This document shows, in pieces, positions 34,476 through 44,859 of a DNA stretch of 64,000 bases (position 1 is its first letter; the number at the start of each line of letters is the position of its first letter). The stretch covers positions 1-64,000 of the forward strand of contig JAUCBJ010002087.1 in assembly GCA_032718475.1 (NCBI GenBank), written 5' to 3'. This DNA is from Nemertoderma westbladi (Eukaryota; Animalia; Xenacoelomorpha). A program made the position numbers and the translations under genes. Below the pieces are notes generated by a model that saw only the letters and a list, made by a program, of their open reading frames with translations, made no database searches and was not told the origin of the DNA.

Positions 34476-37400
34476 ATGGCTGACACAAGGCAAACTCTGT
34501 CAGATAGTCTCCTAGAAACAACAGACTGTTTCTCAGATCAAAGTGTAGAGAATCCCAGACCGAGGTCTGAAACCCCTCATACTGTAAGAAGGGCAACCCC
34601 TGCAGTGGTTGTATCAGAACCTAGGTTGGTAGAAGCGATTTCGCATTTTGCGAAGTTAGTGAAGCGCCGTTGGTCTGCCATAGGCACTCGGGCCCAAGTC
34701 AAGCGGGATCAAGAAGAAGCTATAAAACAGCAGCAACCTCCTAGCCAAGAACCTAGTTCTCAGCGGCCCGATAGCTCCAGTAGTTCGGATACTGTTGAGC
34801 GGACGCCCGAACGCGGAGCGAAGATGGCGGATATGGTTTATGATGAGCGGCCAACCTATGAAGAATCAACCGACGCCACTTCTTCTCAAGTGGAAAGCGA
34901 GGTGGAAAGCGAAGTGGAAAGCGAATTAACAGCAGCAGAGAAGCCGCGAACTAGAGACGCCATTGACATATATCTGTCAGACTATCAGCGATTCATAGGA
35001 GACGAAGAGTTGAGGAGACGACTGTCTGGACTTCGCCCTAATAGTGAAGGAACCAAGCTTGTGTTGGACGCAATCGATGCGGAAATGTTAGCTGCAGAAC
35101 AAGCTAAATGTGATGAAAAACTCCGCCTCGTTAGAGTCCAAGAAGAACAAATAAAGAAAAGAAGGATAGAGGAACAAAAGGCGACGGCTATGGCGGCGGC
35201 TATGGCAGATGCAGAAGCAGAAAGAAAAGCAGCAACGGCGGTGGCTATGGCAGATGCAGAAGCAGAAAGAAAAGCAGCAAAGGCGGTGGCAAAGGCAGTG
35301 GCAGAAGCAGAAAGGAGAGCATCTGAGCAGACTACCCAACTGGAGTTGGAGAATCTGCAAGAGACACAAGACAGTATAAATAAACAGTTTACTGCTAATC
35401 AAATGCAGATGATGAGAAAATCTACTCCCAAGCGCCAAGGATACACATCCTCGGAGGAAGGCGATACTACCGATCCTGAAGGCGGAGGAAATAGATCTCA
35501 TCTAAGTAGGCGTAGAAAAACATATTACCGTCGCAAATTGCCTGATTTGCCCCCAGCTGTTAAAAGACAGCTAACTAGCACAGACTTAGGTAGTGCAGAA
35601 CCCATAGAACAATTTATCCAGGTCAAAAGACTCCCTACTATAGTCGATGAACCTGAAATAATTAGGCCTGTTGTTCCCAAAGTCACTTCTGTGCTAGAGA
35701 CCCCTACACTTCCAGAGCTTAACTCTAAATTCCCTTTACATAGTACTATACTGCCTGTACCCGGTGGAACAGTCCATGCAAATACCCCTGTCCAGATAGC
35801 AGAGAGGGAAATCAATAATTTGTCTCCCGTCGTCCCGCGTCAGCCCGCTACTATGTTGGCGACTCCCGCTTCGGCGGTTGAGTGGGTGGAAGAGGGACGG
35901 TGGGGGATGAATCTCCTGCTAGGACAGATGCAGGAGACTGTCCACCAACTTAAGGGAACAGTGAGGGAAGGTAGAGCAGAGTTGCAAGAAGTGCAGCAAA
36001 GTATCGCGCTAGAACGCGACAAATTAGTCAATATACAAAAGGGCATACCAATACCCCCTGTAACATTGTGTCCACCTGTTAGGTCTGAAGTATTACATGC
36101 GCAAGGTGTGGAGCCTACACGCATCTATACTGCTAGTGAAGTTGAAACTCCTATAGCAAACCCTATTAAGGGTGATTATAGACCTGTTATTAATGATATT
36201 CCCTATAGACCTGATAATGATCCGAGAAATTTATATACCGATAATTCGATATTAAATAACACGATGGCCCAAGAAAGCTTTACGCGTCAGATGGCTAGAA
36301 CAGAAGCCCGCCAAGCGGTCAAAGTGGGAGAGATCGTCAAATTCAATGGAGATGAGATGAAATGGTTACCTTTCAACGAATATTACAAAGATAGCATACA
36401 GAACTCTGTACTATCTAACGGAGAGAAACTTAGATTCCTCATCAAGTGCTTGGAAGGACCTCCCAAGTTAATGGCGTTAAAGTTTATTGGACATCCAGAT
36501 GGATTAAGACAAGTTTGGGATACATTAAACATCAGGTATGGTAACAAGGATAATATAGCTAAGTATTTGTATGCAAAATTAGTAGCCCCCCGACACTTCC
36601 TTAGTAGCGGGATTATAGAGTTTTCCGATGAAATTCAAGAGATCTGTAGACAACTGGACTGGTTAGGTAAGTCGCATGAATATCAGAGTTCCATGGTCAT
36701 TGGAGCCGTAGTCTCTACTTTACCAAAGGGTGGAGTATGTACGCGCTGGGACAAGAAAGTGTTGTACATGAATGAACAACAACGCCGAAGCCCTACCATG
36801 GCTGATCTCATGTCCTTCTTAGATAGTGAAGTAAAATTACAACTCATAAGGCAGTCCAGAGAGAAAACATCGGAAAATAAGGTAAGTGAGAAACCCGTTT
36901 CTAGGAGAAGGATAATACCAGTGTGTTATACTGACGACGGCGAAAGCCAAGCTTCTCAAGAAGAGGACAGCGGGAAAGACACCGAACGATCTTACTATGA
37001 CAACAAGACCTATAAAGACGTAAGTAAATACAAGTCTCGAACCAGTGACAGGAGAGAACAGGTAACAACAACTCCTCCTACGTCTCCTAAGAGAATTCAC
37101 GGAAGAAAGCCCGAAGAAAGAACGAGAGTGCAGAACGTTAACCAAGTTAAGGTGAGTAACATCAAACCAAAATGTGCGCTGTGCGACGGGCCCCACCGTT
37201 TGAGTGCGTGTGCAGAATTCCTAAAGAAATCCCTGGCAGATAGACGTGGAGTCCTGTGGGATAAGCGGTTATGTTATAACTGTCTCAGACGCGGACACCA
37301 GCGGCGAACCTGTTACTCTGACGCAAGGTGTGCTAAGTGCGGCGCGAAACATCATAGCTTGTTGCACACGGAATTCGAACGAAACAGCCCGAGTCAGGTA

Positions 37401-38606
37401 AGTGAGCCCAAATCACATGTCCAATTCAGTGATGTGAACGACACTGACCAAAGTTCTGAGTGGGAAGGATTCTATACGGACGAATTCTCCGATGCCAACG
37501 AATCCTGTTATCTAATAAATACCGCAGTGTATCGAGCACTTACGTACGAAAAAGACACCGACACGGAGTTCCCCCCAACCACCTTTGACAAACAACCATC
37601 TTGGAAAGCTCCAGCTTCCAACGTAGGAATCAGAGAATTTCCTGTAGTTCAAGTAAGAGTTCACGGTCTTAACAAAAGCTACATAGTGAACGCCCTCCTT
37701 GACTCCGGCAGCACAGGAACATTCATCGATCAAGAACTAGCCGAAGATATCTTTGCTGGACAACCCAAATTCCAAACTAAGTTGAATATGTCCGGAATTA
37801 TGCAGGTTTGGAAATCTACCATAACGGCAGATTACTATGTAGGTGCGTTGTCCACCCCCCAGGATAAATTAGGAGCACAAAGTATAAGGTCAGTAAAGAT
37901 GGTGGCTATAAAGAACTTCGCTACTACCCAAGCAGACCTTTATAATTGGGACGAGGATGAGAGCATCCAACATCTTAAGATACCTCGATTCCAGACAGAT
38001 TATCCTGGAGTGCAAATACTCATCGGCCAAAACGCGCATGAGGCGCTCGAGACATTGGAGAAACGGCCTGCTCAACCGCAGCCATTACAAACTTATGCGG
38101 TAAGAACTAGAGTAGGTTGGTACTTTACTGGCCCTTCCCGCAGAACTCTTGAAGAAAGATTGCCACAAGACCGGCTACTTCAAGTAAAGGATTGGGAAGA
38201 GGGGAGCAGTGAAGTGGACGAACCCACTGAGGTAACACCATACTCCTCAGATAATGAAGATATTAACTCCAATGTAGATCAATGGAGACATCGCCCCGAG
38301 ATGATTAATATAGCCGACATCGCTTCCAGAGGAGCAACTCCTCAAGAACGGATAGATACTCCCGGCTGGTTAGGTGGACCCGACACCCTAAGTAAAGAAG
38401 AAGATGAATGGCCTCCTCATCTTACCACTGAGGAGATTAGACAGGCCAAGGGAGCGGAGGAAGTAACACGACAGCCTAATCGCCCAGCTGGTCGCTTAGG
38501 TTTACTGGAAAGAGACCGAAAACTGTCCGGAAACCATGGAAGGCCGGATACTCTTCCTACGACCACTTCCCTAATTCGACAAAGATCTAGGGACTCCATA
38601 ACGTAA
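34476..38606 (+). CDS. gag: BEL/Pao Gag-protease fused to a remnant of the RNase H C-terminus (1376 aa)
   Basis: Coiled coil, gag core (KFNGDEMKWLPF...EKLRFL), triple knuckle (CALCDGPHRLSAC, CYNCLRRGHQRRTC, CAKCGAKHHSLLH) and protease ALLDSGS, then directly QWRHRPEMINIADIASRG...WLGGPDTL...WP. No YxDD and no DDE motif. Confidence 0.92.
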   Translation: MADTRQTLSDSLLETTDCFSDQSVENPRPRSETPHTVRRATPAVVVSEPRLVEAISHFAKLVKRRWSAIGTRAQVKRDQEEAIKQQQPPSQEPSSQRPDSSSSSDTVERTPERGAKMADMVYDERPTYEESTDATSSQVESEVESEVESELTAAEKPRTRDAIDIYLSDYQRFIGDEELRRRLSGLRPNSEGTKLVLDAIDAEMLAAEQAKCDEKLRLVRVQEEQIKKRRIEEQKATAMAAAMADAEAERKAATAVAMADAEAERKAAKAVAKAVAEAERRASEQTTQLELENLQETQDSINKQFTANQMQMMRKSTPKRQGYTSSEEGDTTDPEGGGNRSHLSRRRKTYYRRKLPDLPPAVKRQLTSTDLGSAEPIEQFIQVKRLPTIVDEPEIIRPVVPKVTSVLETPTLPELNSKFPLHSTILPVPGGTVHANTPVQIAEREINNLSPVVPRQPATMLATPASAVEWVEEGRWGMNLLLGQMQETVHQLKGTVREGRAELQEVQQSIALERDKLVNIQKGIPIPPVTLCPPVRSEVLHAQGVEPTRIYTASEVETPIANPIKGDYRPVINDIPYRPDNDPRNLYTDNSILNNTMAQESFTRQMARTEARQAVKVGEIVKFNGDEMKWLPFNEYYKDSIQNSVLSNGEKLRFLIKCLEGPPKLMALKFIGHPDGLRQVWDTLNIRYGNKDNIAKYLYAKLVAPRHFLSSGIIEFSDEIQEICRQLDWLGKSHEYQSSMVIGAVVSTLPKGGVCTRWDKKVLYMNEQQRRSPTMADLMSFLDSEVKLQLIRQSREKTSENKVSEKPVSRRRIIPVCYTDDGESQASQEEDSGKDTERSYYDNKTYKDVSKYKSRTSDRREQVTTTPPTSPKRIHGRKPEERTRVQNVNQVKVSNIKPKCALCDGPHRLSACAEFLKKSLADRRGVLWDKRLCYNCLRRGHQRRTCYSDARCAKCGAKHHSLLHTEFERNSPSQVSEPKSHVQFSDVNDTDQSSEWEGFYTDEFSDANESCYLINTAVYRALTYEKDTDTEFPPTTFDKQPSWKAPASNVGIREFPVVQVRVHGLNKSYIVNALLDSGSTGTFIDQELAEDIFAGQPKFQTKLNMSGIMQVWKSTITADYYVGALSTPQDKLGAQSIRSVKMVAIKNFATTQADLYNWDEDESIQHLKIPRFQTDYPGVQILIGQNAHEALETLEKRPAQPQPLQTYAVRTRVGWYFTGPSRRTLEERLPQDRLLQVKDWEEGSSEVDEPTEVTPYSSDNEDINSNVDQWRHRPEMINIADIASRGATPQERIDTPGWLGGPDTLSKEEDEWPPHLTTEEIRQAKGAEEVTRQPNRPAGRLGLLERDRKLSGNHGRPDTLPTTTSLIRQRSRDSIT

Positions 38607-40228
38607 TTATATATGGAGTGGGTGTGTGACTATATTATTTTATATTTTTTTTATTATTATTTTATATTTAGGTATGGATTATTATGTACTTTATTATAAT
38701 CGTTTTATTTAATTTTATTTAGTGGAATGTTATTTAGATTATTTAGTAGATTAGTGCAATATATTAGTGTTTATTACGTAATTACATAATATATCTAGTG
38801 CGACGGCGAGAAATAATTCTTTTCTCTTTCCTTACTGTCCGTATTATATTATAAATGCGAGACTATAGTAAGATGACATGTCCGTACTTATTAAAGTACA
38901 ATAAAGCTCCTACTATATTTAAGTATTATTGGTAGGCAGAGTATTAGGAATGCAAAGTTCAGATCCTCGTGTCTCGGCTAAACCAAGCTCTGGGTAGACC
39001 TTGGAAACGACTTGCCTCTTCACACTGACATTGCTTCGTGCGATATTGCTCTTCTACCTTATATTAAATAATACTTATAGTAGCGTGATGTCCCTATAAC
39101 AGTAGCGTAAAACGCAAATAAATCTGTTAAACCTTTTGACCATCTGTAATTCTAGTCGATTAAGATATCGCGGCACCCACCGATATACTTGAAAGACAAA
39201 TTCTAGAATCAGTGGTTAACGTCCCCAGACAAGTTCTGGAATAAATCGGTGCCCATCTTAAATATTAATTTAATATTTATTAAAGTCTGTAAAATTCAGA
39301 TCCGTTAACAATTCTAGTCGATTAAGATATCGTAGCACTTACCGATACTCTTAAAAGACAAATTTCATAGAATTAAGGATCCTATGTCCCCAGACCTGCT
39401 CTGGAATCAACTTATGTCAATTTTAACATCAAATAATAAAATTCACGGGAATAAATTTAAATTCATATTTTAAATGAATTTCATAAATTGTCATTTTGTA
39501 CAATTTATAACATTCCCAAAATTCCATTAATTAATAGATCATGGGAGCGGAGATTCATCCTATTGAGTGTACTAGAGTGTGAGAATCTCCAACATATAGT
39601 CAATAGCCGATAAAATTTATAAAATCATGCATAAAGAGGATATTGACAATTAAAGAATTATTATTAAATAGCATCCCAGATCTGTATGCATGAGAATTAC
39701 CCTAATTCTACCGCTAGCATTCCATAATGTCACCATAGCAACACCCACGCTAGAATTAGAAGCAAGTTAAGAAAACAATAGAGAGCTTGTCACATTGCAT
39801 AGCATAGAGAATACATAGCACGCTGTTAGTATCCAAGGATACACAGTAATAACGTGACATTCTGGAAGGCACTGACTAACGGACAAATGGCCTGTATGTG
39901 TACAATTGGTGACAGTTGTGTGGAATTTGTGCGTTTGTAGGCGAATGTTACTGCTAAGGTGTGTTTACAGTAGCTAGTCGCAATTGTGAAAGTAACCCAA
40001 CTCTCCTATAGAAAGAACCTAAAGTGGATTCAAGCCTTTGGGACGGACAGTGGAGTGACTTGTGCCGGTTATCGTTGTCGTACTGTTGCTACATGTTGGC
40101 GTAAATACCGCGACAACGGTACATCGGCGCTGAGGATCCCACTGTCCGGGGGCAAAGAGAGGTGGGCAGCGACGTCCGCTCGCCTAAACATAAACTCATT
40201 TCGATATTAACAAACTCAGATAGCAGAT

Positions 40229-41218
40229 ATGACGGAGTTGATAGAAGATGATCTTGGTATCAAGGAGCGATATACTCTACCTTTGCAAGCATTTGTGGAT
40301 AGCTTAATACGCGGTGAAGCCGATCCAACCATTACGGAGGACGATGGTCGTTATATCGAACCGCCGATGTCCCAAGAGCAACTTGCGCGTGAATTGGACT
40401 ATCGAAAATCCACCGCGCGCTATACGCATCGTAATAGTACGTATATGGACTTCCTAACTACCGGCCATCCTATCGATTTACATGATACGGACGATGTAGA
40501 CACCGAAAGGGAAATGGTTCTATTTAAATATCATACCCAGCGGAGTCGGAACGATAAAACGAGAATAGATCACGAAAATTCTATTCGTAACAGACTGGGA
40601 AGACGAACCAATATGCCTAGAATCTGAGGAGATTCAGCCTATCGCGCCCGGAACAGCGACAACGATTACATCCTAGAATGGTATCAAGGTCCACAGTGTC
40701 TCACTGCGTACGATTATCGCCATGCCAACTATGTTTCTAGGCAACGTTGTCGGTTATGCGCATCGAGAGACCACGATACGCCCATGGACACCAACGTCCG
40801 CTGTTCCTATATCCAAGAACAACCGACTATGGAAATTTATTGCGCATATTGCAGACTCAATAACCTGCACATTTTTGCGGTTTGCCCTCAATTTATGACT
40901 CAATGTCACCATTGTCAACTAAAGGGACACGCCAGTTTCGATTGCCCTTTTAATCGCGATTTGGAAAGCGTAGATGAAATGATCACACTACGTTACATTA
41001 GAGCTTGGGAAGCGAAGGCTGATTTACATCGTGATTCGCGCCATCGCTATTATCCTGAACGCGCTTACGAAGGAATTTATGCGTTCCATCCTTATCTATT
41101 CGCTTCTGTCGAACAGAAATCGCGCATATCGAGTTACAGGAAGTATATCGACGGCCTTACGAATACCGAGCTCGTGAACGCGAGTTGGAAAGGACCATTA
41201 AACCCCGGAGGTTTCTAG
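40229..41218 (+). CDS. Accessory ~330-codon ORF with three Cys/His zinc-knuckle-like motifs, interrupted by one in-frame TGA
   Basis: ORFs 40229-40627 and 40784-41218 are in the same frame, and 40628-40783 is stop-free. Motifs: CRLCASRDH...C, CAYCRLNNLHIFAVC and CHHCQLKGHASFDC. Confidence 0.65.
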
Positions 41219-44200
41219 CTGCCTATAGTCAACCCACGGCCCTCGTTCAGACCACTCGTAAAGGACCCGTAAGAGCGGCTGTCTTAAAACGCGCTCTCAA
41301 AGCCGTTAGACCCCTCTCCCCCGACGTTGATGTCAATCAACCCGGCACTTCGACTGGCGGATACACCGTCCATAATTCTACACCCTCTGATGCAATCATA
41401 TTGCACGCTTCACCCAGGAGTTATAGCCCTCCTTGTAAAGTGGCTCGCCCCAAAGAGAAAAGGACTCTGGCTAGCTTTAAAAAAAAAAAAAAAACTGCGT
41501 AAACGCCGTCCGCGCAAGAAAGACTAACTGTTTAGAGTATTTACGTATATTAGAAACTGTGATTTTGTATATTTCATAGACTCAAATCCCATTTTCTGGG
41601 AGCGGTGTAAAAGCTTCTGTGGGATATAACTGGCCCCTTTGCTTCGCAATCCAGTTTCCCCCCAGGCGCTGGAATACTCTAAAAAAGGTTCTCTAACTGT
41701 ATATCTATTCCCCTCGCCCGCAAGGTACCGTTACAGGTGTTTTAACGGACATAAAAGTCATTCTGCTATATACGTGTTTTAGCGGACATGGTAAGGCAAA
41801 AAACCTACAATGCACCAAATGCCTTTCACAGCTTGGCCGTGATGATTCATATTACGACATCTAACAGCCGGTTGCTGACATGGAAACAGCCATTGGACGC
41901 ATGGTTCTTTGTTTGGCTTGAGCCAATCAGAGCGATTTTTCCTGTCGACGTGTAGCTTTTCGGCCGATCATAAGGAGAGTGTTCAGTCTTACTGTTTTCA
42001 CTTGATACTTTGTTGTTATTGCTGTCTAAGCCAGAAACACCGGCTCTAGAGTTAATTCTTTTCATACTTTAAGAGGAAACATTAGTAGGCTTAAATTATA
42101 GAGCGTATGACTGTTATCAGTCAAATCCATTCACAATTCAATACTTTGTTGTTATTACTGTTCAACATACATTATTATACTGCTATTTACTGTTGTGTTT
42201 GGTTGAATATTAATTGGAGAACATATATAAAGAACCCAAATTTCCCAATTTTCTTGATACACTACAGGTTAGAGAGACGGGTTATATATATAGCGATTGC
42301 GACTTATATTGTTGTGGTTTGTAGTGAATTTAATGCTATTTGATAAGCACTACATTGGTCCGTTGCTATTCCCTTTATATATGATAAAATACATTGACGG
42401 GCGGCAAATTAATGAGCAGTATTGTGTGTTACCGGTAGTGTGCATGATTGTGACCGATAACTAAGCATTTCCTAAAGAATGCGACTCATACGTGAATCAT
42501 AAGCCTTACCGACTTACCGTTGTGATTGGTATAAGTCATATCTCTGTTTACTTAGATAGAGCGCCACGTCCTAAAAGGAACTGTTAATATTTCCCGAAAG
42601 TGAATAATATTAGTCAGAAATTAATTATTAACGATCAATCGAATAATACAATACCGTAAGCTTCACTGCAATAATAATCTAAGCCGACAGAATCCAGCCT
42701 CCCGGGATTATCCAGCGGGTGAATGGACGCGCACTAGGCTGGCTTCTGCTAATGTTGTGTTTATTGGTATTAAATATTTGTCATCTTCTAAAGTATATTT
42801 ATAAATCAAAAGACATATAAATTTTGGCAGGTTAAACTGCTAAAGGTCTTCAAAAGCGCGTACAGGCGTACCTGGCCCACCCTACGCCGCAACTTGCGCA
42901 CGCAATAGTAATCCCCCCAATGTTACTTGTCTTTGACTCCTCCGCACTCCCGTCGTCGCTAACCCCCCGATGCGCCCGCCGCGCTTACCGGTACCCTAGC
43001 CCTCCATCAGAATGAGTAGCTACCGTAGCGGCACATGCAAATCACAAAAGTCTGACAGTCTGAGAAATCCCGTAGGATTATTGTCGAAAGGAATCACATA
43101 GAACCATTTACTAAAGGGTAGAAATCATAGTTCCAACTTGTAATTAATAGTGATCATTGAGATTGATTGAGAAACACAAACAAGAATCGAACAGAAATTG
43201 CAAGTTAACGAATCATTGCAAGAAATCAAAAAAGGGCAGTAATTTACGCAGAAAACTAAGCATCGAATAATAGTTGAAGGTGAGCTGTGTGGGGTGTGGT
43301 GACTAAGCAGAATGTGAGATTGAGATAGGTAACAATGGAAGTAGGCCAATTTATAGGTGATTTGAGAAGGGTGATGCAATCGATCTCTCATTGGCTCCCC
43401 AATCCGAGCTAACATCAGACCAACCTGGAAGCAGTTAGGCCAATAAGAGAGCCGGATTGTGGGCCTATAGCTCCCTGAAATCGTAAATTGCCACCATATA
43501 AGGTAATTTTCCCGATGCTTAATTTGGCGGTACTAATAATATCATGCACAAATATAAATTTAGCGCAATTATAGAGAAATTAAAACCAGTAGCTAGCCTC
43601 ATCAAGGCTAATAACGGCAAGCCCAGATCCAGGGTCCAACAAGGACTTGCTACCCTGGAACTATCTACTTATATCCTATTACAAAATTACATAGGTAGGG
43701 CTACATACTATACAAAATGGATGAATCAAAAATATATGGGCGTTTCAATTTCCTTATCTAAATGTCACTGCGCTATTATGTCTTATCTAAATAATTATAC
43801 TGCATCACGGACTAATATATGATACTATATAATGGACTAATATATTATACTGTATAATGGACTAACATTATTATACTGTATAACGGACTAATATATTACA
43901 TAATGTAGGTACAGCGCCATATACCGTAACACCACACATAGAATCGATCTGAAATTTTGTAACGCGATTATGAACCACCAAAGCAATGTACTTGCAAAAT
44001 TTCATCAAAATCGCCAGGCAGGAAGTGCCTTAACCTAGATAATTATCAGTCAGTATGTCAGTCAGTCAGTCAGTCAGTGTAATGTATCCTGAGATTTTTA
44101 CAGTAAGTATCCCGCTGTCATCCCGCTATCCCGCTATCCGGTATCCCGCAATCTCTGGTAGTTATTTATCTGAAAGAACGCAATCTGTAACGGTAAGCAA

Positions 44201-44249
44201 GGCGACATCCACACACAGCTAGAACATCCGGTCTGGAAGCCGGGTTATA

Positions 44250-44570
44250 ATTCAATGATCAAAGTGAAACAGATAGTATTTCGTGGTGATATTGAAAGGC
44301 GAAGTATAAACTCAAAATTAATGTCTTGCGTTGATAAAGAAATAAATTTGGGAATAACAATTTCGTCAAATTTGTCCTTGACAGTGGATATAAAGGAGAA
44401 ATGTAGAAAGGAAATGACGTATTCCAATTAATACGAAGAAACTGTGCAGCCTCAACACTTCCTTTAACGACACTATTAACCAACCCAACTCCACAGGTAG
44501 GCCTACAGTGCAGAAACTGTGCAGCCTCAACAATTCCTTTAACGACACTATTAACCAACCAAACTCCATA
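44250..44570 (+). pseudogene. Decayed CR1/L2-group LINE fragment ending in a 75-bp tandem duplication
   Basis: The plus strand reads ...VDKEINLGITISSNLSLTVDIKEKCRK...FQLIRRN, resembling the EKDLGI..SSNLSW..HI...KA post-RT motif. AAACTGTGCAGCCTCAACA...CCAACTCCA occurs twice at 44439-44570. Confidence 0.5.
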
Positions 44571-44859
44571 GGTACCGGTACAGTACACGTAGTTTTGCGC
44601 GGGAAGGTTTGAACTTTGAAGGCGATTATCTCAGAATCACAAAAATACTAACTCCTCCGCCATTTCTTAACCATTTTTTGCAATTTTTGCTTTATATGAA
44701 ACGTAATTTCATAAGCTTCAATAAATTTCACGCACTTTTCTTAATTTAGTAATATATCCCCATTTTTTTTAATGAAAATTACAAAAAACACGGGATTTTT
44801 CAGTTTTTGAAAATTTTTAGAAATTTTTAGATCTTTGCTCAAGAATTACAATTCTGATG

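Larger units (their letters stand above)
31039..42864 (+). mobile_element. Inner BEL/Pao LTR retrotransposon, non-autonomous (RT and integrase absent)
   Basis: 5-bp TSD GGCGT (31034-31038, 42865-42869). 1,259-bp LTRs (31039-32297, 41606-42864) with TG...CA ends and only 2 differences seen. PPT-like CTGGGAGCGG before the 3' LTR. Confidence 0.95.
12078..43931 (-). mobile_element. Outer BEL/Pao LTR retrotransposon (~15 kb native) carrying three nested insertions
   Basis: 5-bp TSD CCACA (12073-12077 and 43932-43936). Ends are TGTTA...TAACA, with direct-repeat LTRs. The internal gag-pro-RT-RH-IN on the minus strand has BEL-type motifs. Confidence 0.95.
29314..43931 (-). repeat. 5' LTR of the outer BEL element, interrupted by a LINE and the inner BEL element
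   Basis: Three pieces (29314-29400, 30021-31038, 42865-43931) match 12078-18592, with roughly 15-20 substitutions and 3 small indels by eye. Confidence 0.93.

Noticed and set aside
40229-41218. Envelope gene in the BEL elements
   Set aside because: No signal peptide, fusion peptide or transmembrane anchor in the 3' ORFs of either element.
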